From Cyanophora paradoxa CCMP329 (Eukaryota; Plantae; Glaucophyta), in NCBI GenBank assembly GCA_004431415.1, contig QPMI01000047.1, positions 181,367 through 245,366 on the forward strand: a DNA stretch of 64,000 bases, given 5' to 3'. A model generated the notes under the pieces. That model did no database searches, was not told where the DNA came from, and saw only the letters and a program-made list of their open reading frames with translations. Positions 45,391 through 56,490 of this stretch are shown here, piece after piece. Within the stretch, counting starts at the first letter, position 1. Every line of letters starts with the position of its first letter. The translations under genes were made by a program, and so were the position numbers.

Positions 45391-48300
45391 ATGAGCAAGC
45401 GCAAGAGCGAGGGGCCGTCGGAGGGGTCGTCTAAGAAGGGCGCGGAGGCGTCCGATCTGCGCATCCGCTCCCACGAGCTGACGGGCCGGCCCGAGGACCA
45501 GGTGCGCCGAATTGCTCGCTCTGGGTTCGCGACGCTGACCGATCGCGCGCTTGCGTGACCTCGCAGCATGATTGGGTTCGTTCCGGCTCGAGCTCTCCCT
45601 CGCCGCTCCCCGCTGACGAGCTCGCGCAGGTCAAGCGAGCCGCGGCGCGGGCCATGCTCCGAGGTGCGGGCGCCGCCAGCCCGTCCGATCGCTCCCTGAG
45701 CGTACGCAGCCGTCGGGTTCGGCGACGACGACTTCAAGAAGCCGAGTGCGCCCCGATCCGAACCGATCTCGAGTCGCCGAGCGAGCCCGACTTCTGCCGT
45801 GCTTGAGCCCCCGCGCAGTCGTGACGGTGGCGTGCCCGACGACGAACGCGACGCCGTGCAACGCGCACCTGGAGGAGCTCGGCAAGATCGCCGCCGAGGA
45901 AGTCAAGAAGACCGGCGGCATGTGCGCTTGCGCGGGGCCGGGCGGGGCGGGGCGGGGCGCGGCCCCTCCGAAGCTTAGCTTGAGCGCGGCAGGCCGTTCG
46001 TGTTTGGGACGCCCGTCATCAGCGACGGCGAGACGATGGTGCGAGGGCGCCCGCCTGCGCGGCTCCGCCCGCTCTGCAGCTAACTCAGTGACGCCCCGCG
46101 CAGGGCATGGAGGCGAGCAAGCCTGAGCGCTCTCTTTGTCTCAGCTTTCCTCCGCCGACGCGGGTTCGAATCCGCAGGGGATGAAGTACAGCCTCATGAG
46201 CCGCGACCTCATCGCCGACTGCATCGAGGTAGCCCCCCGACCTCCTGCTTGGCTCCGCCCTGGGGTACGTGCGCTGATCCAACCCCGCCAGACCATGCAC
46301 GAGGGGTACAAGGCCGACGCCGCCATCACCTTCGGAGGTGCGGGGGCTCGAATGTCCCGTACCCCCACCCCGCCCCCACGAGCGCCGTACCCCCGCAGGC
46401 TGCGACAAGTCCATCCCGGGTGCACTGATGCCCCTCGTTCGCAACAACGCCGTCGGCGTGTTTCTGTACGGAGGCGCGCCTCTCCCCCTCCCCCTCCCGC
46501 CCATCCAGGTTCGAATCCGCGCAGGCACGATTCTGCCGGGCCGCCTCCGCGACAAGGACCTCACCGTGGCCAGGCGCGCCATCTCTAAGCAACTGTACCC
46601 CTCCCGGCCTTTCTGACTACCCCGCAGCGCCTTCGAGGCGATCGGGTCTTTTGCGGCGGGCAAGATCGACATCGAAGAGCTTCACAAGGGTGCGGGGGTA
46701 CAGCGTTATGGTCCACTCGCCGCCCCTCACTCTCCTCGATCCGTAGTCGAGTGCAACTCGTGCCCCGGCGCCGGTGCCTGCGGCGGCATGTTCACGGCGA
46801 ACACGAGTGAGCCTGTACCCCTCCCTCGCCCGCTCCCCCCTTCGGCAAAGCGGACGGGGGTACAGTGAGCTCGGCGTTCGAGGCGCTGGGCGTCTCTGTA
46901 CCCGGCTCCGCCTCGCACGCCGCCGTCGACCGCGAGAACAACGTGCGGCGCCCCCGCCCACTCCGATCACCCTCCTGCCAAAGCGTCCTCCGGGGGTACA
47001 GGTCTCGGAGCACAAGCGGGAGGACGTGCGCGCCTCCATCGGTGCGCCTACCCCACCCGCACCCGCCTCTCTCCCCGTTTCTCCACCGCTCACCTCTTCT
47101 CCCCTCCTCGCCAGCGGCGCTGTTCCACTGCCTGCGGCACAACATCCGGATGCGGGACATCGTCACCCGCAACAGCCTCCAGAACGCCATCGCCGTGCGT
47201 CCAAAAAGCGGAGGACCCTAGAACGCCCCGCCCCGCCCCGCCCCGCTTCCGTCCTGACGCCCCCGCCCCCGCCCCCGCCCTCAGGTGGTGATGGCGCTCG
47301 GGGGCTCGACGAACGCCGTCCTCCACCTCCTCGCCCTCGCCCACGAGGCCCAGGTGCCCGGGTACAGGTGTTGGGGGGGGGAAGGGGCGGGGTGGGAGGC
47401 GGTAGCGTCTCGCACGCCCCCTAAAGTGCCTTAGGGACGCGCGCCGCTTCGGCGTGCTAATATTAGCGGCGCGCAGGTGAAGCTCGAGCTGGAGGACTTC
47501 CAGCGGTCCGCGTACCCCCCTTCCCTTCTCAGACGCGCGTACCCCTCCCCGCTCACGAGCGAGCCGGGCCGTGCCGGTGCGCAGCGTGGCGGCGAAGGTA
47601 CCCCTCCTCGGAAACTTCAAGCCCTTCGGTGCGCCCGAGCACCTCTGCAGCTGACAGCCGCAGCCAGCTGGCACCGCAGGGTTCTACGTATACTAGCCAA
47701 AGTAGAATAATTTGATCAGAAGAAAGGCCGATCTAGCCGGCTGCGAAGTCGGGCGTCCGGGCCGCCTCCGAGGCTCGGCGCCTGGCCGCCGGCCCCTGCT
47801 GAGGGGGGGACCGGGCAGGGAAGTACGTGATGGACGACCTCGACAAGATCGGCGGCGTTCCGGCCGTGATGCGGCGCGTTCTCCCGCCCCGCCCCGCCCA
47901 ACCTAGCCACCTTTCTCCCGTCTCTTAGTGGGCGGGGGTGTAGGACGATGCTGGACGCGGGTCTGATCCCGTACCCCGACGAGATGACCGTCACCGGGAA
48001 GACCGTTCGCGAGAACCTCGCGAACGTTCAGCCGCTCCCCACCGTACGCGCGCGAGCGGGCGGGCCCGGGGCCCGGGGGTACAGGCCCCTTCGAATCCGC
48101 TCTGAGGGGGGTACGCAGGGCCAGGACGTGGTGTACGTACCCGCCTCGCCCCTGGCGGCTCCCGGGAACCACATCATCGTCCTGGGGGGCAACCTGTGCG
48201 AGAAGGGCGCGTTCGTACCCCTCCCCACCATGCCGCCGCATGATGCTGGAGCCGCCGGTTATTTATATCCGCGAGCGCAGGAGGCGTGATCAAGCTCAGC

Positions 48301-49304
48301 GGCAAGCACCTCGAGGTTCGTACCCTCCTGGGACCGGCCCAGTCATCCCTCCCCTTCGGCCCCTTCCGAGCACAAACGACGCCGTACCCCCCACCCCGGG
48401 TAGGTGTTCGAGGGCCCGGCGGTCGTGTTCGATTCGGAGGGCGCCGCCCTGGACGCCGTCCTCGGCGGGAAGATCAAGCACGGTACCCCTTTCTAGATCT
48501 ATGCTTTTTCCATCGATTCTCGCGTACCCCCCTTGACGCGGTGTGCGCAGGCGACGTGATGGTCCTGCGGTACCTCGGCCCGGTCCGTCGTACCCCTCGG
48601 GGCGCAGCCGTACCCCCGCCCCCGCCCCGCCAACCCCGTACCCCGCGCAGGTCGGCGCGCCCGGAATGCCAGAGATGCTGTCCCCCTCCTCGGCCCTCGT
48701 CGGCGCCGGCCTCGGCAAGGCGAGCGCCCCGTACCCCCCTTCTACGCTCGCGTACCCCTGACGCGAGACAGGACGTCATGCTTATCACGGACGGCCGCTT
48801 CTCGGGCGCCACGCACGGCGAGTACCCCCCTCGCGGGCTGCGCGGCGCGCGTGTACCCCCCTCCTAACGCGCAGCAGGGATTATGGTGGGCCACGTGTGC
48901 CCCGAGGTCCGCCCAGCCCCTCACGCGCGCCCTCCCTTGGCATCAGTACATGTGTTTGAGGCGCGGGGCGCAGGCTCAGGTCGGGGGTACAATTGGCCTC
49001 GTCCACGACGGGGACCGGGTACGCGGCCCAACCGGAGAACGTTCGCCAGCCCGTCCCGAGCCCGCCGCGCCAGATCCGCTTCAACCTGGCGGAGCGGACG
49101 CTCTCCCTCCTCGTCCCGCAGGACGAGATCGACCGCCGCCGCGCCGCGTGGAAGGCGAGCCCGCTGCCACGCCGCAGGCCGCTCATGGCTGAGCGGGGCG
49201 CGCGCGCGCGCGCGCAGGCGCCGGCGCTGAAGTACACGCGGGGCGTGCTGGGCAAGTACGCGCGGCTCGTCGGCTGCGCCTCCGAGGGCGCCGTCACACA
49301 CTAG
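45391..49304 (+). CDS. ilvD: Dihydroxy-acid dehydratase (IlvD/Edd family), more than 20 introns
   Basis: RAMLR|[22 protein letters not shown]|GME|[89 protein letters not shown]. Confidence 0.95.
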
Positions 49305-49573
49305 GCGCCGCGTTGCAGAGCACTGCTTGCAGAATTCAATAATGACAATCGATAGCGCGCCTTGGACTCGGGTGGTGGCGACGAGCTGGGCCCAGCTGGC
49401 AGGTGGTTGGGGTACGGCATTTGCCAAGCGTTAGTCCAGCCAGCGAAGCAGCGGGCCCCGACGCGCGCTGATCGCCTTCCAAGTTCGATCCGGGAGCTCC
49501 CGAATCCCCAGCTTCCAGCTCTACCCGCCGCGGTCAACGTCGGCCCTCCGACTACCCGCCGCCAAATTCGCAG

Positions 49574-50753
49574 ATGGCGTCGTCGATCGTCGCGCGCGTC
49601 GCGATCCTCGTGTTCGCCGTGGTCCTGGCGCTCGGCACGGCCGAGGCGAAGCTCCCCAGCCCGCTCCGAATCATCAACAACAAGGCGCTGCCGACTTTCG
49701 GCCTGCCCGGGCTCGTCCACCAGAGCATCGCCACGAAGCCGCACCACGGCTCCAATGTCGATCTCTGGCGTGAGACGATCATCAAGAACGCCTGGTGGGC
49801 CCGAGCGCCGCGCGCCGGCGCCCCCCGCGCTCCCGACCTTCGATGTCTGATCAGCGATCGCCGCGAAGGACGCCGATACACCTGCACGTCAAGAACGAAG
49901 AGTACATACACGTCATCTCTGGCACCTTCTCGATCCGCACCCTCGATGGCGTTTACCATGGCGCGCCCGGTCGAACGCCCGCGCTTCATACGCGCCCGCG
50001 CGCGCGCCCGCGCGCCCCCGCCGGGCCGGGCTTCGCAGCCGCTGACCGGCGCCCCGCCCTCGCGCGCAGCCGGTGTGAACGACACGGTCCACCTCGACAA
50101 GGGCGTGATCCACCAGGTGCGTCCTCGCACTGCTGCTGACCCGGATCAAATTCGGATTCGAATGCGAAAATTCGAATTTGAACTCGGACGGCAGGTGGGG
50201 AACGTGGACGACGCCGACGCGGTCGCCCTCGTCGTCATCAGCGACGTACCCACCGACGCCACCGTGCGCCCCGCCCCCCCCGGGACCCCGCCCCCCGCCC
50301 GCCCGGCTGCAGCCTAGGCCGCCCCGCCCGCCGTCCCCGCCCGGCCCGCGTCCAACCCCCCCCCCCCCTCTTCCCCCCCCTCTTCCCCCCCTACCTCCTT
50401 CCCCTAAAGCCGCCGCCTACTAGTACTAAGCTCGGCCTACGACTCTCGGCGACCGAGAACAAGCTCCGCCCCGCCCCACTTAGCCTGTGCTCGAGACTGC
50501 GAACAAGCCCCGCTAGACTTATTCCTCCTGAGCTCGCCCCTGACATCTTTCATTCTTTCTTCGCCTGATCATGAGCTCTCCCGGGCTCTCTCTCCCGCAG
50601 GTCTTCCCGGACTGGGAGCACGCGAGGGCGGGCAAGGGGGAGGACGTGCAGATCCCGTGGTTCGCCCCCATCTCCCCCGAGGAGCAGGAGACCATCGCCC
50701 GCGACGCCGCCGCCCGCGGCAAGGCCGACCCCATCCCCGACCGCGAGCTCTGA
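49574..50753 (+). CDS. ABP1: Auxin-binding protein 1 (ABP1)-like secreted cupin
   Basis: Signal peptide; FGLPGLVHQSIA..HG..VDLWRETI; W|TPIHLHVKNEE; NDT; IHQ|VGN; LVVIS; VFPDW; ends PDREL*. Colinear with plant ABP1 boxes. Confidence 0.8.
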
Positions 50754-51235
50754 GGCGCGCGAGCCTCGGAGTTTCGAGCCGGCTCCAATTCCGCGCCCGA
50801 TCTAACTGGGCCCGATTATCGAGAGGACTCATTATCATCACGGAGAGTTAATATAGAAGAATAAGACTTCTACTACGACTACTAGTACTACTACTACTAC
50901 CGACCTGTCTGAAGCACTTGAAAGAAGTGAAAGCTTAAGAATACACCGTGCGACTCCGGATCCCTAACACTAGTGCTTGCGGGGCGGCTGGACGCATTTA
51001 ACCTAGAGGGGGGGTCGAATGCTCCTAGGCGCTGGGCCAAGCTTTCACGCGAAGTCAGTCAACGTCCCTGCCCTCCCACTCGGGCCCCCCGCCCGGCCCG
51101 GCCACGGCATAGGCGCTGGCCCGCACCCGCACCGCCGCCGGCACCGGCGCCGGCGCCGCAGCCGCAGCCGACGGCGCGGCCGCCCCGTCCGGATCCCGGC
51201 CCGCCGTCTCCTCCTTCTCAAAGCTGCAGGAGCGA

Positions 51236-54170
51236 TCAAATTAGAACCGGGCGGGCCCGGGGGTACAGAGAAGTCTGCCCACCTGTAGACGAAGGCATCC
51301 TCCTCCTCAGTTCGCGGGTTCGGCTCCGCCAGCGTCCGCCCCGCGTCGCTCCGCCCGGGTCGCGATCGCGGCCTGCGGGGGCGGGGGCAGGCCCGGCTGG
51401 CCTCAGCCGCCGCGGAGAGCGAGGAAGGAAGGGGGCAGGCCTGCCGGACGGGAAGGCGTCGTTTCCGCCTCCTGCCCAGCTGCTGCCGTTGCCGTTGCTC
51501 AGGTTAGCCTTGGACGGGGCCGGCGCCTCGCGCTCCGCTGCCGGCGTCCGCGCCGACGCCGGCGCCGGGTGCACAGCGGGGGAAGCAGCGGAGGCGCCCA
51601 GCTGCTGGCGCCAGCGTTCGACGACAGCAGCGGCGGCCGCCAGCTGCGTGCGCTCCTGCACCAGCGCCCTGTACCGCTCTTTGTACATAACCCGCGCCAG
51701 CGCCTGCGGAGGGTACGAGGGATGCCGAGGAGGGTCGGAGGGGGTACAGGGAAGGAAGAGCGGGAGAGCGGCGCACGGCGATGGCGTTGTCCGCGAGCTT
51801 TATGAGCACGATGCCTGCGCGAGGATCAGGGGGTTCGCCCCGCGCCGGGTACGCGTGTCGGAGGGGAAGGGGGGTACCGCACCGGAGATGACGCCGGTGA
51901 TGACGGAGATCCACGAGAAGCGGTGCACCTGACCCTGGATGATGAAGTTCACCTGAGGCGCGGGGGGGGTAAATCCGAGTTCAGGGCGGAGCCGGGGCCG
52001 CCCGAGCGGCAGAGCGTCGCACGTTGACGCCGTTCTGCGAGCGCCGCCAGTAGTGGTCGGGGTACCGGATGTACACGTTGGGCGACGGTCCCTGGAATCC
52101 CCACCTACGTGTACCCCCCGCGTCGGACCCGGAAGGGGGGGTAGAGAGGTGCGGGGGGGTACAGGAACGGGAGCTTCTGGGCCGTGATGCGGCACCGGAT
52201 GTCCGAGAACCCCGGAAGGTACTGGTACAGCTGCGCCGAAAGCCCGAGGCGCGTCGGTACCCCCCGGCGAGAGGCAACGGTACCCCCGGGCCCCGGGCGC
52301 ACGTTGCCGTACTCGAGTCGGACGACGATCTGTACCCCCGTCGAGCGGTGCAGGACCTTCCCCATCGAGGCGGAGACGGTGGGGTCCTGCTCCGCAGCTC
52401 AAGCCCCGGCACGGATCCAGGCCGCGGGCATGTCCTTCACCTGTGCGTTTTCGCCCTCGAGGTCGACTCCGGCCATCTCCAGGATCTCCTTGAACGTGAT
52501 GTCTGGTCGGGGGGCTCAGATGAGAAGCTCATGTTTGACCAGGGCCCCGAAAGCGAGGGCGCTGTACCCTGCACGATGCCGGTCTTGCTGTACCGGACCA
52601 CCTTGCCCTTCCTGCCGGCCGCCCCGCGAGCTCAGCTTTTCGAGGCGTGCTGGCTGCTGCGGATGCGGACGCGGGGCGGCGAAGGGCACCGGTCCAAAAG
52701 CTCCGTCTCGATCTGCGGGAGGGACGGGTCAGGGGGGTACGGAAATCTTGTGGTGGGGTGCTTTGCACGTGCGCGCCTCGGATTGCTCGGTCCAGGAGAG
52801 GGATACCCCGTGGAGGAAAGAGAACGGCAGGTACTCGGCGCCCTGTGGGGGGGGGGGGTGCGTTATTCAGCTCAGCTCGGCGCCGGAAACGGAAACGGAT
52901 CGGAGCGCCGGCCTTGAAGATGGTGTCGCTGTGCCCCACCACCGTCCCGTTCCGGACCTCCTGCACCGGGTACGCATTAGCATCGAAAAAATGGACCGGG
53001 GGTACAACGCGGCGCACATCGGCGTGCTCCCCGGTGCTGGGAGGCGAGGGGAAGGGGTACGCATTGAGCTCCAGGGCGCGCGCGGGAAGGGGGAGGGGAG
53101 GGGGGGGGGGAGGCAGGAGGCTCACGCGAGAAAGATTCCGTTCGCGCTGATCTGCGATACCCCGGCGGGCGCGTGGACGTCACTGCGAGGGGACGGGACG
53201 CAAGGCGAGGGAGGTGCGGGGGCACCTTGTGGACAGAATCTGCGGGGCACGATCAGGGGGAGGAGGGAGGAAGAAGGGAGGGGGGGGAGGGGGAGGGGGG
53301 GGGCAGCCAACTCACCGTGCCTGTCGCAGTGCAGCATTCGGAGCAAAGCAGCACGCATCGTCATCAATCGCTCGGGGCGGGGCGGGACGGAGCGGAGAAG
53401 AAGACTGAGCGCACGGTGCGATGGCGCAGACTGGGTCGTAGAAGCCTTCGGGGGGTAATCAGAACCCGAGGGGGGAGGGGCGGCGTGGGAAGGGCGCACC
53501 GGGGAAGGGTATGCGATAGGCCTTCAAAGCCTCCGGGGAGCAGTACGGAACGTTGGCGGGTATGGAAGCCTGCAGAGAGGTGGGGGGGGGTACGAAAAGC
53601 GTCGGCGGGGAGGGGTACGGGGCGGGGGCGGCGGCCGCGGACCATGTACGCTTCAGCGGCGAGGCTCCAGGTGTTGACTGCGACCGGGGGAGGCACCCGT
53701 CAGGGTACGCGAAACGAGGAGCGAAAAAGGCATTCAGACTCGGCTGACCTTGCCCATTTGGCACCTCGGGCGAGGCGTACTGGCGGAAGTAGATGATCTG
53801 CGGGGGTCCGGCTCGCTCTCAGCGACTCCGCGGGGGCCCAGCGGGGAATCAACGCGCCTGGCATGTGATGTAGAACAGAGCAATGCCTGCCGAGCGCGCG
53901 TGAGCTTCGGGCGCGCCAGCCTGACGGACCCGGAGCGGAGCGGAGCGCCCGCGGCCGGCGGCACCTTGGAAGACGACGTGGAGGCGACCCAGGAGCTTGC
54001 TCTCGACCTGCGCGTGCGGCAGGCGCGTCAGCGCTCCGCCGCGTTGGGATGCGCGACAGCTGCAGCTGCTGCATGCAAATGCGGCAGCCGTTTTCGCTGC
54101 GGGCAGAGCACGCGAGAGCGCAGGCCCCACGCACCACGACGGACTTCTGCGTGCTGAACGTGGTGAACAT
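51236..54170 (-). CDS. P2X-like purinergic ion channel
   Basis: MFTTFSTQKSVV|VESKLLGRLHVVFQ|GIALFYITCQ|IIYFRQY (TxK motif plus TM1); VPYC..VC; DITFKEILEMAGVDLE; RSTGVQIVVRLEYGN; NGVN|VNFIIQGQVHRFSWISVITGVISG..IVLIKLA (TM2); YRALVQE. The 3' end is approximate. Confidence 0.85.
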
Positions 54171-54685
54171 GGTTGAGGAGCTCGGCTTGGCCCGCCGCAG
54201 GCGCAAGCAGCAGCCAATTCTTCCCGCCTCCGCGCGGCGTGCCGCTGCCTCGGAGCGCCTCCTTTGTAGCTACGACCGGTACAGCTGCCGCCGCCGCCGC
54301 GCGCCCATCGCACCGGGTGCGACCGCGAGTCGAGGCTCACCGCCCGCTGGCTACGAGCACCGCCCTTAGCTATAGCTAGAGGTCTCGGATCACGCCAGCC
54401 TGCGTTCTGATCACGCCAGCCTGCGCGGTACCGGTTGAGCTTTCTGTCTGGATCCGGATGCGGCCGCGTTCGGATCCCCGAGGTGCAATATCGATATCAA
54501 GCTAGCGCTCGAGGCGACAAGCGCAGCGCCGGCGCCGGCAGGCGAGCTCAGCGGCCAGCGCTGCTCGACAGTTGTGATGCTAGCTATATGATAGAGAAAA
54601 GCGCTGGCGACGGGCCGGGGGCGGGCAGCGCGCGGCGCCGGGCCGGGGGCCCGGCCGGGGGCCGGGGGCCGGGGCGGGCTCGGAT

Positions 54686-56424
54686 CTAGAGGGCGCCGGA
54701 GTCGGTGATCTCGACGCGCTGCTTGGGGCGGTCCACGCGCGGCACCGTCTCCACCGCCTCCACCTTCTTCACCTGCCGGGGCGCCGCGCCGCGTGAGGCT
54801 CTTAAGCTAAGACCTGAGCTAAGCCAATTATAAGCCTCTAAGCTAAGCTCTAAGAACGGACCACGTCGAAGCCCTCGAGGACTTTGCCGAAGACCACGTG
54901 GCGCCTGCACGCAGGAAAACGGCGTCAGAAGTGGAAAGAGAAGAGGCGGCTGGGATCTGCGGCCGCGGGGCAGGGCGGAAAGCTCGGAGGCAGCACCCGT
55001 CGAGCCAGGGGGTCTTGACGGTCGTGATCTGCCGCGCGCGCGTTCTTTGTCAGGTTTCTAGATCTGAAAAAAATCCGGAGGGCGGCTTGAAAAGGGCTCA
55101 CGAAGAACTGCGATCCGTTCGTGTTGCGGCTGCGCATAGTTCGTAAGAGGGGGGGGGTACGCGTAGCAGAAGAGAGGCCGGAGCCCCGTCCCGCGCACCC
55201 GGCGTTGGCCATGCTGATGTACCCTGCGAGCCCCGATAGCGTCAGCCCGATCCAAAGAGGGAAGGGGGTACATGATATCCCGCCCGGTCCAAGGGGGGTA
55301 CAAGAATCGGGGGGGGGGTACGGGGATCTCACCGGGCCCCTCGTGGCGGAGGGCGAAGGACTCGTCGGGGAAGTACTTGCCGTAGATCGAGCGGCCGCCG
55401 CGCCCGTCCCCGCGCTCGAAGTCACCGCCCTGGGTACTCAATTTAATGTGAACGACTGTGATTCGGGGTCCTCGGGGCTTCGAACCTGGATCATGAAGTT
55501 CGGGATGACCTGCTCGGCGCGCGGGGCGCATAGTCAGATGCTAGTTTGAAGGGCGGGGAGGGCGGGAGGGGGTCGGACCCGGTGGAAGCTGCGGCGGGGG
55601 GGCGGGGGGCGCATCCGGTGGGGTGCCGTAAGGGAGGGGGAGCGGTGGGGGTGGGGGTGAAAGAGCTCACGTGGATCCCTTGTACCCAAATCCCTGCAGG
55701 AAGCCGGGCGTCAGCAAATCAGAGGGCAGGGCCACTTCGGGCGCGGCTGTTCTGCAGCTAAACTGGACAGAATTGATGCCCGCACCTTCTCGCCCGTCGC
55801 GAGGGTCTTGAAGTTGAGAGCGGTCTTCGGCACCACGCCGCCGAACAGTCCGATCACGACGCGCCCCGCCGGCTCTGCGGGCGGCGCGCGCGGAGGTCGG
55901 ACCGGAGCGGCGCGTGGGAGCGAGCGAGCGCCGGCGGAGCGGGCATAGGGGGCGGGACGCATCGCACCGCCGCCGATGGAGATGTCGAAGAAGACGCGAT
56001 CGGTGATGTCGGGCTCAGGGACCGCCTCCTCGCCCTGCGCGTGGAGCGGCCGCGGCGCCGATACGCGTGAGCTCGTGCGCCGGCGCGGCGCAAGGAGGGG
56101 CGATCGCTGGCTGCAGCGGGGTGATCGCAGGAGTCAGCTAAGCTAGGGCAGGGACCGCACCTCCGCCAGGGCGGGCGTGGGGCGGGCGGCGGCGAGGCCG
56201 AGGGCCGCGGCGATGCCAGCGAAGCGCGCCAGGTGCTCACGGCGCCCAGAAGCGTCTACATCGGCGTCGAATGTCGTCTTGCGCTGCTCGCAGACGGTGT
56301 GCGGCTCATGCTTCCGGCGCGCCTCCGGACGGGCCGACGGTGCGCGGCACGACTTCGGAGACTCCAATCCAAAGAAGGGAGAGCGTGCGGCGCCGATGGC
56401 CGTGCAGGGAGCGAGGAAGGCCAT
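54686..56424 (-). CDS. Thylakoid-lumen cyclophilin-type PPIase (CYP20-2/TLP20-like)
   Basis: MAFLAP.. transit peptide, SGRREHL plus hydrophobic stretch plus ALA lumen signal; [20 protein letters not shown]|VIPNFMIQ|[29 protein letters not shown]. Confidence 0.93.
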
Positions 56425-56490
56425 CTTGAACAGGGGTACTGGGTTGGGCCAGTTGTCAACGCGCTGAGGCCAACGAACCCGGCTCGCGCG

